From Octopus vulgaris (lineage: Eukaryota), in NCBI GenBank assembly GCA_951406725.2, contig OX597836.1:49290001-49354000 (forward strand): DNA of 64,000 nt, given 5' to 3'. Position numbers and translations under genes: made by a program. Position 1 is the stretch's first letter, and every line of letters begins with the position of its first letter. Shown piece by piece: positions 58,126 to 64,000 of this stretch. The notes beneath the pieces are model-generated. The model searched no databases. It was not told where the DNA came from and saw nothing but the letters and a program-made list of their open reading frames with translations.

Positions 58126-58680
58126 GTGTTGTCAATCATGATTGCTACAACTTACAATGGACCAATCACCTTCAGAGACATTAAAGAAACAAACACGTTG
58201 CACATTCGCCATAGCTCTCACCACCACCACCACCATTCTTCTTCATTACACACACACACACTGGTGCAGTGGGTCTGCAGACCCCTCGGGGCAGCCACTT
58301 TATTTGTGTGTTTGCTGCAATCGGAGGGATGTTAGATTTAATGAATGGGACGGTTCAAACCCAGGCAGTGCCACTTGTACACACACGCACCCTTCATACA
58401 TTCATATATGCAAAAGAAATGCGGGATTTTCACCACCACCACCACCACCACCATCATCATCTGCTATGATCTTCCCCACCACCATCAGCTTGACCCTACC
58501 ATTACCACCACCACCACCCTCAATATCATCACTGTGATCTCCACCATCACTATCACTACCATGATCTCTACCATGGCCACCACCACCATCATCTTCACCA
58601 CTGTGATCTCCGCCATCACTAACATGATCTCCACCACCACCAACACCACCACCACCATCGTCAAAACTTTTCACTAACTC

Positions 58681-58716
<36 letters not shown>

Positions 58717-59699
58717 CATTCTGTCATCTCTATTTGTAGATTCATTCCTAAAATCCGGAATTCTTATATTTAAATTTTAATGTATTATAATTATGCATTC
58801 AATGCAACAAAACACACACACACATATATTTATACACTCATATATATAAATACATACATATATAGATATACATACACACATACATATATTATGCCTGTTT
58901 ATTATACATGTATGAATATATGTGTGTGTATATAGGTATATATACTGTGTATGTATGTATATATGTATGTGTATATATATATATATATGTATATATACTG
59001 TGTACATATATATATGTATATATACTGTGTATATATATATATACACCTGTATGTATGTGTGTGTATGCATTTACACACACTCATGCATTCATACAGACAT
59101 CTAATTTGTCATTCCACTTTGGAAAATTATTATGTATGCATATGTATGTCCACTGACACACAGAGACACCTGTATGCATATACATACATTCACACATCTA
59201 TGCATATGTATGTATAATCTGTGTGTGTGTGTTCAGGGACACCCATATCTTTTTTCTCTCGCATGGTGAGGATTTTATGAGAATCAATTCTGAATTTGTC
59301 ATCTTTTTTTTTATTTTTTTATTTTCCACTGTGTTTGTGTGTGTGTTTGATATTTTATATATAAAAATATTATTTATAAATAAACGAAGAAAGAGGCAGA
59401 TTGGAAAATTTGCTTAATTAATATTTACAAATGTTCAATAGATTTTCTGTCATTTATTTTCTGAGCCTGTTTTATATTTGTCCTTCCTTCATTGTTTCAA
59501 CAATTTAGTTGACATATTTAACCCTTCCCATGATCCTCTCTCCATCATCCTCTCACAAACCCTTCCCGTGATTGTATTCCTGATGAAACACACTCTATTA
59601 CGTGTGTTTTATTTTTTTTTTGGTTTTTTTTTTAATAATCCAAATTTCTTTTTGAGGGGAGGGGTTACTTTCAAAATAACTCAAACTTCTGTTAAGAAC

Positions 59700-59917
59700 A
59701 GTGGATGGAATAAATTGTTAAAATATCTGGGGAAAAAAATACTTGCGGGGTTCGTTCTTGTTCTTTGTGTTTTGAGTTCAAATCCTGCCAGTTGAGTTTA
59801 CCCTTCATCCTTTCAGGGTTGATAAAATAAAATACCAGTCATATACTTGGGTTGCTATAAATCATTTCCCTCCTTCATCTTTTCAATTTTCTGACCTTGT
59901 GCTTTATATAAGAAACA
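59700..59917 (+). mobile_element. Degenerate SINE family B
   Basis: gagttcaaatcctgcc...ccttcatcctttcagggttgataaaataaaataccag...gaccttgtgc. Confidence 0.75.
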
Positions 59918-60690
59918 TTTTTTTTCTTATCAAGCTGATGTTTTGAAAGTTAACGAGACAAGTTTTCTTACGTAATTTTTATTTATTTATTTTTGTCTTA
60001 GATGGTATGGGGTTGGGTGGGGTAGACAGATACATGACCTTTGCAGAGCCTCCAAGACTGGAGGGAGATGGAAATGGGAGGGGTGGAGGGTGTTTACAAC
60101 TCCTCGGGAGTACAGTCTTACAATCCATCCGACAAGCTCCCACGCAGTTTTTAATGTTTTACTTGCATAGCTTGGGTCGTCAACAACCGTCAACCGACGA
60201 TATTGACGGAAGACATTTACCTGCAGAGAGAAAGCAAAAAAAAGAAAGAAAAAGTTAAAAAAAAAGAAAAGACATTTCAGTTTTAATTTAAATTACGACA
60301 AACACTTCATTTGAAATAAAAAAAAAAAATTGCAAGAATTTGTATGATGGAATAAGATTGAGAGGCAATTTCAGACAGGTCTCTGTAGAAATGGTTAGCA
60401 AAGACAAATGACAAAAACAACAAAAAAAAAACAAGAAAAGAAACTGTTTTTTTTAAACAATCTTTTATTATTTAAAAAGAAAATTACATTAAAAAAATCT
60501 TTTTGTTATTTTTGTTTTCATTTTTATTGCCTTTGTTTTTGACTTTTTTTAAATTTTATTATTTCTCTTATTTTTTATTTATTTAAATTTTTTTTTCTTT
60601 TCATCTTTTTACCTGCTTGATTGGAGGTGACCCACTGAGACAACTGGACACTTCCAATTTGCAAAGTCTTCTTTTCGTATTCTGTTACAA

Positions 60691-60724
<34 letters not shown>

Positions 60725-61759
60725 GTAAAACTTCTTGTTTTTCACCCTCAGTGGAAGTCCAAAGCCCTGAAGGAAGTGGGGTTGGGTGGGGAGAAGTCAT
60801 GACATTGCCAAGAGTGGAGAAGAAACAGGCTCGAGAAAGAACTCAAAATTTTCAATGAAACTGCTATATTATTATTATTATTATTATTAATAGAAATTAA
60901 AAATATTTTGTTTTTTTCCTAGCACCAGCATTCCCCCCCCCCCATTTACCTTTCAGCCCTCCATTCCACCCCAACCATTTCACTCTAATCAATCATCCAC
61001 TCTCCTTTTAATTAAAACTTTTCTTAGATTTTCATGAATTAATCATTATTTATTGACAAATTCAAGCCAAAAAAATATTAAAATAAATAAAAATTGAAAA
61101 TAAATAAATTGAAATACATTGTGAGAGAATGGGTTCTTTTTTTTTTTTGCCTTTTTGCCTTTTTGGCATGGCGTTGGGGTTCTTTTCACTCTAAAAGTTT
61201 AACTATTTAAAGACTGACCTCTCAGGACGATTGAAAAGTGGTTAGTTTATATTGTTGTTGTTATTCTTATTTATTGATCTCTACATTATTTTTACTGCCT
61301 TGTCACCCTTGCAGTATTGAGCTAAACGTATTTACCAATAAGGCATTCATTAGAAGTGAATGTGTTGGTTGAGGTTACGTATGGTGCAACATGAGATTGT
61401 CTCCATCTGCTGGACAACTGTTTTTGTTCAACACCACTAAACAAACTTGTATACAAGCTGTGAACGAAATTACCAGGGAGTCATGAGCAGAATGACAGCT
61501 GCTACTGAAGCAAATAAGGCATCTGTCACAGTTTTAAATGAATCTGTGGAGTGGACGATGAGCTGTTGTTCTGGTTACGTTGTCAGGCAGAGAAATACTG
61601 ACTGCATCATTGACTCTACTGTCACAGCTTTACTGGGAAGGTAGAAGGGGCTGATGAGATCCAGTGAGTTTGAAACAACTGCCTATAACATGACTTCTTG
61701 GTTGCTGTTGCTTGCATCTAGAGTTCAGTACATACAAGCTCATCCCATTGTTAATTAAA

Positions 61760-61950
61760 GATGGTGGATGACAGAATAAGTGCATCAAACAAAATGTCTT
61801 GTAATATTTAGTTACAAACCATTATGTTCCGAGTTCAAACCCTCTGGAGTTGATGTTGTTTCTCCTCCTCCCAAGGGTTGATAAAATAAATTAGCCATTC
61901 AGGACAGAACTCTCTCTGTCCCTCAAAATTTGGAGCTTTGTGTTTTTAAG
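61760..61950 (+). mobile_element. Degenerate SINE family B
   Basis: gatggtggatgacagaat head; gagttcaaaccc; gggttgataaaataaa; ccctcaaaattt. Confidence 0.55.
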
Positions 61951-62136
61951 TTATTATTAAGGTGGGGGCCAAGCATAGGTAACAGCAAGTGTGAAGTGAT
62001 GTAAACTAAATTTGTTTGTGGTATTTACATCCACTCATTTTCTTCATCTGTTTAGGCTCAGTAAACTAGTACCAATATACGAAAATAAAACAAAAATGCC
62101 ATCTCTACAAATTATTGACCTTTGCACTCATATTGA

Positions 62137-62345
62137 TCTTTTTGTTACCAAATTTCTATTGATATCTACGGAATCAAATAATTTAGAAAATAATAAAGAA
62201 TTTAATAAAATAATTTAATGAAATCTTAAGCTGGAGTTTGGGACATAAATTAACACGGAATTTTGATGGAAGAAGGTTTTAATTTGAAATGAGAAGTTTG
62301 TATGACACACCTTGAGGTAGTTTCAAGTGAGTTGGTATCAAAAGG
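62137..62345. mobile_element. Second, older copy of the TTAA MITE
   Basis: tttttgttaccaaatttctattga...aaagaattta.taaaataa...ttaagct...acataaatt...ggtatcaaaagg|ttaa, collinear with 55203-55410. Confidence 0.65.
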
Positions 62346-63097
62346 TTAAGTACCATTAATAAAATCTCAACTAGTGAACCAGAGAGGGTACACATCCATA
62401 GACAAATCTGTATTGACATACTTGATGGGTGGAACGTAAAAAATGAATGAGAAATAATTATGCTGCAGGAGGTGAGGATATTAACCAATGACTGTTGTAG
62501 TTTGAATTATTTTGGTAAACACCAGAGACATAAGGAAAATGCATTGTTCCATACCATTATCAAATACAAAACAAATAAGCACCAAATCTGACAATCCTGG
62601 ACCTTGCTGTCATCCCTTCTGGAAGTGATCTGTGTTTTTGAAACAGTTTTCCTTCTCTATCATCTTGACTCTCAAGAGTCGTCTTTTAGAATGTCTGAAA
62701 GCTGCTTCCAATAAGAATTGATCCTTTTGGTTCTGATTATAGTTTGGATATGATGGGAATTATAAGTTTCCAAAGGCAGGAGTGACCTCCCAGCTCATAT
62801 ACAGTCTGTTATAAACTTTTTCACTGACTTTTGTCTCAAATATTAATCATTCAAATGCTTTCAGTGCAGCATCCACATCTAATAATAATAATAAATTTGT
62901 GTAATTGTTTGCTGCCACAGTCTTGAGGCCATGTGAAGGCAGGAAGCTGTCAAACAGCAAATAGTGTGTGAGTGAGTGGTAGCAAATATATATATGCATA
63001 TTATACATGCTGATACATAGATGCGGACACACATTTGCAGACATATGCATAGACACATACATCCATACATGTATTCATACACATACACATATATAAA

Positions 63098-63265
63098 TGC
63101 ATGTATGACTGAGTGGTTACAGAATTGGCTATGGAATTGCATGCTCTGATATTTCTGTCTCAAATAATGGCTCCTTGGGCAAGTGCTTTCACTGTAGCTT
63201 TGAATCAACCAATACCTCCTGAGTGGAATTAGCAGACAAATACTTTTTGGAAGTCTGTTGTATGT
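63098..63265 (+). mobile_element. Highly degenerate SINE family A 5' half
   Basis: ccttgggcaagtgctttcactgtagc...tgagtggaattagcagac. Confidence 0.5.
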
Positions 63266-63596
63266 ACACATACATACACCCATATATATATATATGTATA
63301 TATATCTGTATGTGTATGTATGAAAGAATGAAACGTCTATCTAATTTACATTCATTTTAGTTTTAATACTGTATATTATACGGCATAGAAAGATATTTTC
63401 AAAAGCAAATAATAAAGATTCAATATTTCATGTATACATATTTAATGTCTAAGTATTCAATGCTAGCATGAACTGATTTAGAGGCAGGAATTTACAGCTG
63501 GAAAGTCTTCTTCTTGACAACCTTCACCTGTTTTCAGGTATACTATTATATATATATATATATATAATATATGAGACAGCATATTATATCTTTGCA

Positions 63597-63875
63597 GTGA
63601 AGGCACATAGCTCAGTGGTTAGTGTAACAGGCTTACAATCGTGAGATTATGAGTTCAGTTTGGCTGTGTGTTGTGTTCTTGAGCAAGACAGTTTATTTCA
63701 TATTGCCAAGCTGTATCGGCCCCTTTGCCTTTCCCTTGCACATCAGTGGCATGGAGAAGGGAGAGGAGTATGCATGGGTGACTGCTGGTCTTCCACAAAC
63801 AACCTCACCCAGACTTGTACCTCGGAGGGGAACTCTCTAGGTATAATCCTATGGTCATCCGTGACTGAAGGGATT
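63597..63875 (+). mobile_element. tRNA-derived SINE (family C-related head)
   Basis: A box tagctcagtggttag; gagttcagtt; tgtgttcttgagcaagaca core shared with 20852. Confidence 0.7.
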
Positions 63876-64000
63876 CAAGGAAATATCTATGTTATTTAGT
63901 GTAGAAAATGTTTTCAAAAAGTAAAGAAAGTATCCTATGGAAACAGATTTGCGATTCTCTCCAATTGTCAAGATGCGTGATGACATTGGCACCCCAATAT

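Overview
Eukaryotic, AT-rich DNA saturated with microsatellites; the SINE families and (TA)n/(CA)n/(CT)n density point to an octopus/cephalopod genome (inference). Almost all ORFs in the supplied track are microsatellite artefacts. One host gene is supported: a plus-strand NFIL3/E4BP4/vrille-like transcription factor (CDS 47044-48882, probably starting at 46791 once a 1-nt indel in an (AAC)n tract is corrected). It unusually carries two complete bZIP domains: an N-terminal NFIL3-type and a C-terminal PAR-like one. It has a likely non-coding 61-nt exon at 45561-45621, uORFs in its leader, and clock-type cis-elements upstream (four perfect ROREs, a Rev-erb DR2, D-boxes, a CRE). The rest is mobile and repetitive DNA: two CR1-group LINE 3' ends facing tail-to-tail in a (TA)n array, several SINE families (one sharing its 3' end with these LINEs), a 133-bp hAT-type MITE with an 8-bp TSD nested in a SINE, TTAA (piggyBac-type) MITEs, a 3.1-kb 18-bp minisatellite with a binary CG/TA code, 23-bp and 41-bp minisatellites, a degenerate hammerhead-like motif, a possible decayed coding fossil at about 55.5-57.7 kb, a 287-nt poly(T) and a 100-N gap.
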